From Myxococcota bacterium (GTDB lineage: Bacteria; Myxococcota; B64-G9): 64,000 nucleotides of DNA. The notes beneath the pieces are model-generated. The model did not search any database. It saw only the letters and a program-made list of their open reading frames with translations, and had not been told where the DNA came from. Shown here piece after piece: positions 12,002 through 20,982 of this stretch; positions within the stretch are counted from its first letter, which is position 1; every line of letters starts with the position of its first letter. The position numbers and the translations under genes were made by a program. The stretch lies in assembly GCA_022710975.1 (NCBI GenBank), contig JAKLGA010000009.1, positions 245,547 through 309,546 on the forward strand. The letters run 5' to 3'.

Positions 12002-12672
12002 TCAGGGCCTGGGTGCGAGCGCGAGCTCGATGGAGACCTCGGGCTGATCCGCCGGGACGGAGCGCGTGGCGGGCAGGTGGCGCTCGGCCTCGACGACCAG
12101 GTCGTAGGCGGCCGCGTCCAGCGGCAACCCCAGCTCGAGGAGGCCACCCGGGCCGGTCGCGTGGACCGCGCTCACGCCCTGCTGCTTCTCGCCGCGCACC
12201 CGTCGGGTGGTCACCAGGGCGTCGGCCAGCGGGGCGCCGGCCGCGTCGGTCACCCGCAGGCGGACGCGGGTGCGGGCCTCGAAGAACGCCACGGAGGCCC
12301 GCAGGCGTTCGCCGCGGCCCAGGCAGCGGAGCTGGTCGCCCTGCACCAGGCCGAAGCCTGGCAGGGCGCCGGTGGCGTGGTAGCGGCCCGGCGGGACCTG
12401 GAACGCCGCCACGCCCGAGGCGTCGCTCCGCGCGCTCAGGCGCCGGAGGGGAAACCCGTCGCCCAGCAGCTCGATCTCGGCCTGCGGCAGCGGCACGCCC
12501 GTGCGGTTGACCGCCACCTGCACGCTGCACGGCTGGCCGCGCTCCGGCGCGGCCTGGACGGGCGCGGCGGCTGGCGGGTCGGTCGGCGTGTCGCGGCACT
12601 GGCACAGCAGCAGCAGGCAGCCAGCGGCCGCCAGGGGTGCGGCCAGGCGGAGGGTGCGTGGGCTCACGGCCG
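12002..12672 (-). CDS. Lipoprotein with a carboxypeptidase-regulatory-like beta-sandwich domain (GTG start)
   Basis: Lower part of the 12002..15124 ORF. GTG start at about 12672 gives VSPRTLRLAAPLAAAGCLLLLCQC (lipobox), then RSDASGVAAFQVPPGRYH. Protein-like composition. Overlaps the protease stop. Confidence 0.5.
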
Positions 12673-15144
12673 CGGTACCTGCCTGGACCGCGACCTGGGC
12701 CTGAGCGCCAGGGCCAGGCCCGCCAGGCCTGCCAGCCCGGCCGGGGCGCCCGCGCCGCCGCAGCCGCAGCCGGCCCCGCCGGGGGAGGCGACCTCGAAGG
12801 CGTCCTCGGCCACGCTGGTGAGCAGCGCGTGGTGGCTGGCGATGGCATCGCGGGGGCCGAGCTCGGCCGTGGGCGAGACGGCCAGGCCGGTGAGCCGGAC
12901 CAGGCCGGCGTCCACCACCTCGAGCGACTGGAACGCGACATCCGGGCCCAGATCGAGCTGCATGCCCGGAGCGAAGTCCTGGCCGTGCACCTCGACCAGC
13001 TCCAGCACGTCTCCGGGCGCGGCCGAGGACGGCTCGAGCGAGGTCACCCGCGGGGCCAGGAAGCCGGCGCTGACGAACAGGGCGTAGCCCTGCGCGTCCG
13101 AGCCCGGGTCGCCGTTGCCAGGCACTGACCGCGCGCGGACCCGCACCTGGTAGGCGCCGGCGTCCGGCTGGGCCAGGAAGACGCACTCCACGTTGTTGCG
13201 CTGATCGGTGTCGCCGCGCCAGTCGGGCATGGAGAAGCCGGCCTCGTCGAACTCCTGGTTGCCCAGGAAGTGCTCGCCGTTCGGCGCGACGAGCTCCAGG
13301 TCCAGATCGTTGACCAGCGCGGGCAGCGCGCCGGCGGCCGCGGGCGGATCGCTCCACGCCAGGGTCAGCTTGAGCGGCTGGTCGCTCGCCGCCAGCGGCA
13401 GCTCCCAGGTGCGCTCGTCGCCCGTGCCGAGCGCCGCGCCGCCCTCGGGGAAGGGCGCCGGGCTGGCCGTGAGCATGGGGTTCTGCGGGGCCGGGTTGGG
13501 CACGTCGGTCAGCACCAGGCCGATCCGGGTGTCGCCCTGGAAGGTGAGCGCGTTGTCCAGGTGCACGCGCCCCCAGCCCTGGGCCACGCTGGGCGGCTGG
13601 GTGAGCGGGCTGTCGTCGCCCATGCCGCGGATGGCGCCGGTCAGCGGCTTGGCCCCGTTGATGAGCACCGCCTTCAGCAGCGCGTTGGTGGGGTTGAAGC
13701 CGGCCTGCGGGTCGGGCACGCCGGTGCGCCAGTAGCCCTCGACGAAGTACTGCCGGGCGAGCAGGGCCGCGCCCACCGCGATGGGAGAGGAGAAGGAGGT
13801 GCCGAAGGTGCCCCAGCCCGAGTCCACGTCGCAGTTGCCGTCCTGGTTGTTGCTGGCCCGCTTGGGGTTGCCGTACACGTCGCAGCAGCCCAGGTCCACC
13901 GCCGCGTCCTCGTCCGAGCTGGCCGAGAACACCATGCCCGGCGCGACCAGATCGGGTTTCAGCCGGTTGTCGCCGGTGGGGCCCTGGCTGGAGAAGACCA
14001 GCAGATCCTCCTGCAGGCGGAAGATCGAGCCGTAGATGTCGAGCTCCACCGGCCCCGAGCCGCCCAGCACCAGGCTGTTCTTGGCGGTGGAGCCGGTGCC
14101 GCCCAGGGAGCGCTGCACCGGGTTGCCCTGGTCGTCGCTGCCCGCGTTGCCCGCGGCGAAGACCACCAGCAGGTCGTTCAGCTCCCAGGCGGCCCGGTCG
14201 ATCGAGGCGGAGTCCGCGTCGTAGCCGATCGAGATCACCGAGCTGCCGTAGGAGTTGTTGTGCACCCGCGCGCCGGTCTGGTAGGCCTGCTTGAACAGGT
14301 CGTACATGGACACGCCCATGAGCCCCCGCAGGCTGCCGTCGTGGGCGCCGATGTCCTGGAACACGATGCGCGCGCCGGGCGCCATGCCGTCCTGGGCGTC
14401 GTGCCCGGCCGCGGTCGGGGTGGCCAGGTTCATGTAGTTGTCCCCGGCCACGTTGCCGGTCGTGTGGGTGCCGTGGAAGCCGCCGGCCGCGTCGTCGTAG
14501 GCCTCGGCCGAGCCGATCAGGTAGTAGGCCAGCACCTTGTTGCCGAGCGCTGGCTCGCTCGCCAGCGGCGGCTGGGGGAAGATGGCGGAGGTGGTGACGG
14601 CGCCCGGCTCGCCCGACAGGCGGAACTGGCAGGCGTCCGCGTCCAGGCCGCTGTCGGCCACCCCGGCCACCTGGCCGGTGCCGGTCAGCCCGTGGCGCCA
14701 GATGCTGCGGCCGTTCACCTCCTCGTCGCCCGACTGGATCAGCCAGGAGGAGTTGTCGTTGAGGTACTGCATGGGCACGTAGCGCTCGATCCAGGCGAGG
14801 TCGGGGCGGGCGGCCAGCGACTCGAGCGCGGCCTGGACCTCGTCCTCGCCCACCCGCAGCCACACCCAGCCCCAGCCGGCCGCGTCGGTCCCCGCCGCCT
14901 GGAAGCCGCGCGGCGGCAGCAGGTGACGCACGGCCTGGAGCGCGGGCTCCGGGGCGGCCCCGGGGCGGGTGAGGGCGCGCAGGATGATCGGCCCGCCCGG
15001 GCGGGTCTGGCCCGAGAGGAGCGGCAGCAGCTCGGGCGCCAGGCGGGGCAGGCCGGGGCGGGCGGGCGCCGGATCCGCAGCCCGGGACGGGACGGCCACC
15101 AGGGCGGCCAGGGAGGCGAGACATCCGAGCAGCGCGACCCGCAT
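12664..15144 (-). CDS. Subtilisin-like serine protease (peptidase S8) with a MYXO-CTERM-like C-terminal sorting tail
   Basis: Signal peptide. Asp/His/Ser catalytic motifs (VADSGLD, HGTHTTG, GTSFSSP). C-terminus GCGCGGAG...GLAGLAGLALALRPRSRSR. Confidence 0.85.
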   Translation of the reverse strand: MRVALLGCLASLAALVAVPSRAADPAPARPGLPRLAPELLPLLSGQTRPGGPIILRALTRPGAAPEPALQAVRHLLPPRGFQAAGTDAAGWGWVWLRVGEDEVQAALESLAARPDLAWIERYVPMQYLNDNSSWLIQSGDEEVNGRSIWRHGLTGTGQVAGVADSGLDADACQFRLSGEPGAVTTSAIFPQPPLASEPALGNKVLAYYLIGSAEAYDDAAGGFHGTHTTGNVAGDNYMNLATPTAAGHDAQDGMAPGARIVFQDIGAHDGSLRGLMGVSMYDLFKQAYQTGARVHNNSYGSSVISIGYDADSASIDRAAWELNDLLVVFAAGNAGSDDQGNPVQRSLGGTGSTAKNSLVLGGSGPVELDIYGSIFRLQEDLLVFSSQGPTGDNRLKPDLVAPGMVFSASSDEDAAVDLGCCDVYGNPKRASNNQDGNCDVDSGWGTFGTSFSSPIAVGAALLARQYFVEGYWRTGVPDPQAGFNPTNALLKAVLINGAKPLTGAIRGMGDDSPLTQPPSVAQGWGRVHLDNALTFQGDTRIGLVLTDVPNPAPQNPMLTASPAPFPEGGAALGTGDERTWELPLAASDQPLKLTLAWSDPPAAAGALPALVNDLDLELVAPNGEHFLGNQEFDEAGFSMPDWRGDTDQRNNVECVFLAQPDAGAYQVRVRARSVPGNGDPGSDAQGYALFVSAGFLAPRVTSLEPSSAAPGDVLELVEVHGQDFAPGMQLDLGPDVAFQSLEVVDAGLVRLTGLAVSPTAELGPRDAIASHHALLTSVAEDAFEVASPGGAGCGCGGAGAPAGLAGLAGLALALRPRSRSRQVPRP

Positions 15145-15223
15145 GGGACCTCCTGGGTAGGGAGCGCTTCGAGCCTACGGAATCCCCGGGCGGGGCACAA
15201 GGGCCTGGGAGGCCGGGGCAGGG

Positions 15224-15694
15224 TCAGAGGGTGCTGGAGACCGAGATGCGGGGGAAGGAGCTGGCCAGGCACACGTCCATCACGTCGATCAGATCCTGGT
15301 AGGCGACGCTGTCCTCGCTCATGACCACGATGTCGCTCTTGTCCGGGTAAAGGCCGTGGAGCTCGTGGAGCTTGCGCCCCAGGGCCGCCGTGTCGTAGCG
15401 ATCGTCCCGTTTCAGGATGTCCGCCAGCGGCTGGCCGTTGCCGGTCACCAGGTAGCTCTGCGGGGTGATGGCCACGACCAAGCTCGGGGAGAGCGGATCC
15501 TCGCGGGCCACGTCCGGGCTCGGGCCCTGGCCGGCCTGCGCCACCGAGATCTTCCCGATCTGGATCCACACCGCCGCCATGAGCAGGAAGCAGATCAGGC
15601 AGGTGAGCAGATCGATGAACGGGACCAGGTTCAGCTCGACGTTGAGCGGCTTCTTGCCGTGGCCGCGGCCGCCCGGTGCGCTGACGCTCGCCAT
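15224..15694 (-). CDS. exbD: ExbD/TolR-family biopolymer transport protein (solo)
   Basis: Internal Met MASVSAPGGRGHGKKPLNVELNLVPFIDLLTCLICFLLM... matches the ExbD/TolR topology and motif. No ExbB/TolQ gene on either side. Confidence 0.75.
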   Translation of the reverse strand: MASVSAPGGRGHGKKPLNVELNLVPFIDLLTCLICFLLMAAVWIQIGKISVAQAGQGPSPDVAREDPLSPSLVVAITPQSYLVTGNGQPLADILKRDDRYDTAALGRKLHELHGLYPDKSDIVVMSEDSVAYQDLIDVMDVCLASSFPRISVSSTL

Positions 15695-15843
15695 GTCCAC
15701 CTCCCTGGGGTTCGGGACCTTGCCGTTCGAGGTGCCTGGAGGAAAAAGGTTCCCATGATTTCGCCGAACTTGACCTGGGCGGGGGGACGGGGTAGCAAGC
15801 CGACCAGGGTACGGATCCACGGGTTCGCCGGATCGGAGGAGCC

Positions 15844-16896
15844 ATGCGCATCGCCATCCTGGGGCTGCCCACCTCGGGCAAGTCGACCGTGTTCCGGTCG
15901 CTCACCAACCAGCCCGGCGCCTCCGCCGAGGAAGCGGTGGCCTCGGTCAAGGTCCCGGACGAGCGCATCGACAAGCTGTCCGCGCTCTACAAGCCGCGCA
16001 AGACCATCTACGCCAGCGTGGAGTTCCTCGACCTCGGCGCCGCGGCCGGCATGCGCAAGGAGTCCTCCGAGCTCGGCCAGCGCTTCCTGAACGCCGTGCG
16101 CCCGGCCGCCGCGCTGCTGCACGTGCTGGACGGGTTCTCGGTGCCCGAGGCCGCGGCCGAGGCGGCCGCCGAGGCCGTGCAGGTGATCGACACGGAGCTG
16201 GGGCTGGCGGATCTGGCCCAGGTCGAGAAGCGCCTGGAGCGCCTGCGCAAGGAGGGACTCAAGGCCGTCCCGGCCAAGCAGGAGGCCGAGCTGCTGGAGC
16301 GGGTCAGGGCGGTGCTGGCCGAGGGCCGACCGTTGCGCAGCGAGCCCGAGCTGGCGCGCACCGAGGCGCTGCGCTCCTTCGCCTTCCTGTCGGCGAAACC
16401 CATGCTGACGGTGCTCAACACCGCCGAGGGCTCGGGCGAGGCGCTGCTCCAGGCCCTGCCCGCGGCGGTGCGCGCGGCCCGCCAGGGGGTGAACGGCGCG
16501 CTGCTGGGCATGGCCGGCCAGCTCGAGTCCGAGATCGCCGCCCTGCCGCCCGAGGACGCGCGCGCCTTCCTGGCGGACTACGGCATCGCAGCCCCGGCCC
16601 GGGAGCGCGTGCTGCGCGCGGGCTACGAGCTGCTCGGGCTGCAGAGCTTCTTCACCGTGGGCGAGGACGAGGTGCGCGCCTGGACGCTCAGGAAGGGCGG
16701 GGTGGCGGTCGAGGCCGCGGCCGAGATCCACTCCGACCTCGCCAGGGGCTTCATCAAGGCCGAGGTGGTGCCCTGGAACACGGTGCTGGAGCACCAGGGC
16801 TTCGAGGAGGCGCGCAAGGCCGGCAAGCTCCGGCTCGAGGGCAAGGAGTACCCGGTCAAGGACGGCGACGTGATCTCCATCAAGTTCAACGTCTGA
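15844..16896 (+). CDS. ychF: YchF/Ola1-like P-loop GTPase with C-terminal TGS domain
   Basis: G1 motif GLPTSGKST. C-terminal EYPVKDGDVISIKFNV (TGS-like). Confidence 0.7.
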   Translation: MRIAILGLPTSGKSTVFRSLTNQPGASAEEAVASVKVPDERIDKLSALYKPRKTIYASVEFLDLGAAAGMRKESSELGQRFLNAVRPAAALLHVLDGFSVPEAAAEAAAEAVQVIDTELGLADLAQVEKRLERLRKEGLKAVPAKQEAELLERVRAVLAEGRPLRSEPELARTEALRSFAFLSAKPMLTVLNTAEGSGEALLQALPAAVRAARQGVNGALLGMAGQLESEIAALPPEDARAFLADYGIAAPARERVLRAGYELLGLQSFFTVGEDEVRAWTLRKGGVAVEAAAEIHSDLARGFIKAEVVPWNTVLEHQGFEEARKAGKLRLEGKEYPVKDGDVISIKFNV

Positions 16897-16936
16897 CCTT
16901 GACCCCCCGAGACCCGCGGCGCTAGCATGCGGGCCG

Positions 16937-17731
16937 ATGCCTGACGCCCTGACGCCCAGACCCTTCATCGATCCGCACGTGCACGCCGACAGCCGTTCGT
17001 GCGAGGACTTCGAGCGCCTGGCGGCCGCGGGCTGCGCCGGCCTGGTGCTGGTGGCCGGCCCGGGGGCGGGCTACCGCAGCCCCGACTCCGTCCTCGATCA
17101 CTTCCGCCGCCTGGACACGCTGGACCGCGGGCGGGTCGAGCGGGCCGGCCTGCGGGCTTGGGTGGCCCTCGGGCCGCACCCGGCCGGGCTGCCCGAGCGC
17201 GATCTGGACGGCCTGCTCGCGGACCTGGCGGAGGCGCTGCGCGCCTGCCACGCCGACGCGGTGGGCGAGGTGGGCCTGTCGCGGGGCAGCCCGGAGGAGG
17301 AGCGGGCGCTCGCCCGCGCCTTCGAGGTGGCCGGCGAGCTCGGGCTGCCGTGCGTGGTGCACACCGCGGTTCAGGACAAGCGCCGCTCCCTGGAGCGCAT
17401 CCTGGCGCTGCTCGAGCGCGCGCCGCTCGAGCCCGGGCGGGTGCTGCTCGATCACCTGGACGCCAGCTGCCTGCCGCTCGCGTTCGGCTCGGGCTGCTGG
17501 CTCGGGCTGAGCGTGCACCCGGCCAAGCTCTCGCCGGCCGAGGCCGCGGCGCTGGTCGTCCAGCACGGCCCCCGGCGCTTCGTGCTCGACTCGGATCTCG
17601 GGGCCCAGCCCTCCAACCTGTTCGCCCTCCCGGCCGCCATGGCCGCGCTCGAGGAGGCCGGCGCGGACGACGCGACCATCCGGGCGGTGGTGCACGACCA
17701 CGCCTTGAGCTTCCTGGGCGGGACGCCGTGA
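16937..17731 (+). CDS. TatD-family metal-dependent hydrolase
   Basis: IDPHVHAD N-terminal metal-binding motif. Length and His/Asp pattern consistent with TatD. Confidence 0.75.
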   Translation: MPDALTPRPFIDPHVHADSRSCEDFERLAAAGCAGLVLVAGPGAGYRSPDSVLDHFRRLDTLDRGRVERAGLRAWVALGPHPAGLPERDLDGLLADLAEALRACHADAVGEVGLSRGSPEEERALARAFEVAGELGLPCVVHTAVQDKRRSLERILALLERAPLEPGRVLLDHLDASCLPLAFGSGCWLGLSVHPAKLSPAEAAALVVQHGPRRFVLDSDLGAQPSNLFALPAAMAALEEAGADDATIRAVVHDHALSFLGGTP

Positions 17732-19911
17732 GGGACACCGACGAGCGCGCGTTGGCCGAGCGCCTGTGCCAGGCGCTGGCCGACGGAGACCGGCCCGGCG
17801 GGCTGGCCCTGGCGCGTCTGCTGGAGGCGCTCCACCTGCCGCCGCACGCCCGACGCGGGGTGACGCGCCTGCTGCGCGGGCTGGTCGGGGAGGGGCGGGT
17901 CGTGGCCGAGGGCCGCGGCCGCTACCGGCTCGCTCGCGCGCGGGCCGAGGTGACGGGCCGGCTTGCGGCGGGCAGCCGCGGCTGGAGCACGATCGAGGCC
18001 GAGACGGACGGGCGCTCGCTCGCGCGCGTGCCTGCCGAGGCGCGCGGGGGCGCGGTGCCGGGCGATCGGGTGCGGGCCGTGCTCGAGGCGGGCTCCCGGG
18101 AGCTGCCCACGGCCCGGGTCGAGGAGATCCTGGAGCGCGGCGGCCGCCCCATCCTGGGCACCTTCTGGCGCCAGGGCCGGGCGGCCTTCGTGCTGCCGGG
18201 CGACGACGAGCTGTGCCCGCCCGTGCGCCTGGCGGCGCTGCCGGCCGGCGCCGCCGCGCCGGCCGACGGCGACCTGGTGGCGGTGAGCCTCGACGATCCG
18301 CGGCCGCTCGCCAAGCCCCACGGCCGGCTGGTCGAGGTGCTGGGCCGGCCCGGCACGCTCACGGCCGAGCTCGGCCGCTTGCACCTGGAGCACGGGCTCG
18401 AGCGCGGGTTCTCCGCGGAGGTGCTGGCCGAGCTGGAGTCGGCGCCGGCCGAGCCCGCGGACGAGGGCAGGGCGGACTGCCGCGCCCAGCCGCTGGTGAC
18501 CATCGACCCCGACACGGCCAAGGACTTCGACGACGCGGTCTGGGTCGAGCGGCAGGGGCGCGGGCATCGCCTGTGGGTGGCCATCGCGGACGTGGCCGCC
18601 TTCGTGCCTCCGGGCTCGGCCGTGGACGTGGAGGCCCTGCGCCGGGGTTGCAGCGTGTACCTGCCCGGCACGGTCTTCCCCATGCTGCCGTCGGCGCTGT
18701 CGGAGCGCCTGTGTAGCCTGGCCCCGGGCGAGACCCGCGCGGCCATGCTGCTCGAGCTGGATCTGGACGAGGCCGGGCGGGTGCAGGCAGCGCGCGCGCG
18801 CCGCGCCCGCATCCGCTCCCGCGCTCGCCTGACCTACGGCCAGGTGCAGGCGGCACTCGACGGCGCGGCTGGCGCTGGCCCGGCCGAGGCGCTCGGCCCG
18901 GAGCTGGAGGTGATGGCGGAGTGCGCCGGGCGCCTGCTCGGGCGCATGGATGCGCGGGGCGCCCTCGACTTCGACCTGCCCGAGTCCGAGGTCCTGCTCG
19001 GCCCGGACGGGCGGCCGCGGGAGGTGCGTCCGGCCCGGCGGCTGTTCGCCCACCGGCTGATCGAGGCGTTCATGGTGGCGGCCAACGAGGCCGTGGCCGT
19101 GGGCCTGCGCGGGCTCGGCGCACCGCTGGTCTACCGCACCCACCTGCCGCCGGACGCGGACAGGCTGGCCCAGTTCACCGAGCTGGCCGAGACCCTGGGC
19201 GCGCCGGCGCGTTTCGGCGAGAAGCCGACCGCGCTCGCGCTCTCGCGCTACCTGGCCGCGCTGCACGGCCGGCCCGGGGCCGAGGTGCTCGAGCACCACC
19301 TGCTGCGCAGCCTGATGCAGGCCCGCTACGGCACGGAGTGCGAGGGCCACTTCGGGCTGGCCAGCGAGTGCTACCTGCACTTCACCTCCCCCATCCGGCG
19401 CTACCCGGACCTGTGCGTGCACCGGCAGCTCGGCGGGCTGCTCGAGCGCGCCGGTCCCGAGGGCCTGGAGCTGCCGCTGCGCGGCCAGGCCGCGGCTGGC
19501 GCCCCTGGGCGGCGAGGGAGCTTCCCGGTCAGCGCGGAGGAGGCGGCCCGCGTGGCCGCGCAGAGCTCCCGGGCCGAGCGGCGGGCAGTGCTGGCCGAGC
19601 GCGAGGCGACCAACCTGTACCACGCCGCCTTCCTCGAGCCGCGCGTGGGCGAGGTGATGGAGGGGGTGGTCGCCTACCCCGCGGAGTTCGGCGCCTTCGT
19701 GCGCCTCCTGCCCAGCGGCATCGAGGGCCTGGTGCACATCGCGCGCATGGACGACGACTACTACGAACACGACCCGGAGCGTCTGCGCCTGCGCGGCCGG
19801 CGCACGGGCCGGGTGATCAAGGTGGGCCAGGCCGTGCGGGTGCGGGTGGAGTCCGTGTCGCTCGCCCGCCGGCAGGTGGAGCTCACCTTCGTCCCGGAGG
19901 CGCGCCCATGA
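17728..19911 (+). CDS. rnr: Ribonuclease R / RNase II-family 3'-5' exoribonuclease with C-terminal S1 domain (GTG start overlapping the TatD stop)
   Basis: RNB-domain motifs (TIDPDTAKDFDDAVWV, HFGLASECYLHFTSPIRRYPDL). C-terminal S1 (GEVMEGVVAYPAEFGAFVRL). Confidence 0.85.
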   Translation: MRDTDERALAERLCQALADGDRPGGLALARLLEALHLPPHARRGVTRLLRGLVGEGRVVAEGRGRYRLARARAEVTGRLAAGSRGWSTIEAETDGRSLARVPAEARGGAVPGDRVRAVLEAGSRELPTARVEEILERGGRPILGTFWRQGRAAFVLPGDDELCPPVRLAALPAGAAAPADGDLVAVSLDDPRPLAKPHGRLVEVLGRPGTLTAELGRLHLEHGLERGFSAEVLAELESAPAEPADEGRADCRAQPLVTIDPDTAKDFDDAVWVERQGRGHRLWVAIADVAAFVPPGSAVDVEALRRGCSVYLPGTVFPMLPSALSERLCSLAPGETRAAMLLELDLDEAGRVQAARARRARIRSRARLTYGQVQAALDGAAGAGPAEALGPELEVMAECAGRLLGRMDARGALDFDLPESEVLLGPDGRPREVRPARRLFAHRLIEAFMVAANEAVAVGLRGLGAPLVYRTHLPPDADRLAQFTELAETLGAPARFGEKPTALALSRYLAALHGRPGAEVLEHHLLRSLMQARYGTECEGHFGLASECYLHFTSPIRRYPDLCVHRQLGGLLERAGPEGLELPLRGQAAAGAPGRRGSFPVSAEEAARVAAQSSRAERRAVLAEREATNLYHAAFLEPRVGEVMEGVVAYPAEFGAFVRLLPSGIEGLVHIARMDDDYYEHDPERLRLRGRRTGRVIKVGQAVRVRVESVSLARRQVELTFVPEARP

Positions 19912-20981
19912 GCGACGAGATCCGCATCATGCTCGAGGCCCAGGAGCACCAGAGCCTGCACCCGCGCGCGGCCTTCTCCGATCAGAGCCGGGGTCGCGCA
20001 CGGCCCGAGCCACACTGCCCGGTGCGGCCGGCCTTCCAGCACGATCGCGACCGCATCCTGCACTCCAAGCCCTTCCGGCGCCTGCTGCACAAGACCCAGG
20101 TGTTCCTCTCGCCGCAGGGGGACCACTACCGCACCCGCATGACCCACACCCTCGAGGTGGCCCAGATCGCCCGCACCCTGGCGCGGGCGCTCAGGCTGAA
20201 CGAGCAGCTCACCGAGGCCATCGCGCTCGGCCACGATCTCGGCCACACCCCGTTCGGGCACGCCGGCGAGGCGGTGCTGGACGAGCTCCTGCCGGGCGGG
20301 TTCAGGCACGTGCAGCAATCGGTGCGGGTGGTGGAGCTCTTGGCCCGGGACGGGCGCGGGCTCAACCTGACCCGCGAGGTGGTCGACGGCATCGGCAAGC
20401 ACTCCAAGGGCCGCGGCTCGATCCTGGCCGGAGCCGGGGACGAGCTGCCCATGACCCTGGAGGGCCAGCTGGTGAGGCTGGCCGACATCGTGGCCTACGT
20501 GAACCACGACCTCGACGACGCCCTGCGGTCCGGGGTGCTGCGGCTGGAGGACATCCCGCCCGACCTCCTGTCGACGCTGGGCGGGTCCCACTCCGAGCGC
20601 ATCAGCCGGGCGGTGATGGACGTCCTGGGCCACACCCGCCTCGATCAGGGCGGACCCATCCGGCTGTCCGCGGAGATCGAGCAGGCCCTGGCGCGCATGC
20701 GGGAGGTGCTGTACGAGCGGGTGTACGACAACCCGCTGGTGCACGAGGAGTTCCTGAAGTGCCGCAAGGTGCTCAGCGACCTCATGCACTCGTTCCTGGA
20801 GGCGCCCGAGAGCTTCGCCAGGCTCACCGGCCAGCGCCTGCCGGAGGACGCCCTCGAGCGCCGCCGGGCCGTGGGCGACTTCCTGGCCGGGATGACCGAC
20901 CGCTACGCGCTGCGCCTGTTCGAGGCACTGTTCGTGCCGCGGCCCTGGCCGCTGTCGGTGCGCCTGGACGAGACGCGCTGA
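19908..20981 (+). CDS. dgt: dGTPase-like HD-domain phosphohydrolase
   Basis: HD motif region HTLEVAQIARTLA...GHDLGHTPFGH. ATG overlaps the rnr stop (ATGA). Confidence 0.8.
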   Translation: MSDEIRIMLEAQEHQSLHPRAAFSDQSRGRARPEPHCPVRPAFQHDRDRILHSKPFRRLLHKTQVFLSPQGDHYRTRMTHTLEVAQIARTLARALRLNEQLTEAIALGHDLGHTPFGHAGEAVLDELLPGGFRHVQQSVRVVELLARDGRGLNLTREVVDGIGKHSKGRGSILAGAGDELPMTLEGQLVRLADIVAYVNHDLDDALRSGVLRLEDIPPDLLSTLGGSHSERISRAVMDVLGHTRLDQGGPIRLSAEIEQALARMREVLYERVYDNPLVHEEFLKCRKVLSDLMHSFLEAPESFARLTGQRLPEDALERRRAVGDFLAGMTDRYALRLFEALFVPRPWPLSVRLDETR

Positions 20982-20982
20982 G

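Noticed and set aside
12002-15124. 1040-aa minus-strand ORF overlapping the S8 protease
   Set aside because: It is a shadow frame of the protease for most of its length. Only the 12002-12672 tail looks like a real, separate lipoprotein gene with a GTG start.
16999-17727. N-terminal 243 codons of the 970-aa 16999..19911 ORF
   Set aside because: They overlap the TatD gene in another frame and are Arg/Gly/Pro-rich. RNase R more plausibly starts at GTG 17728, overlapping the TatD stop.
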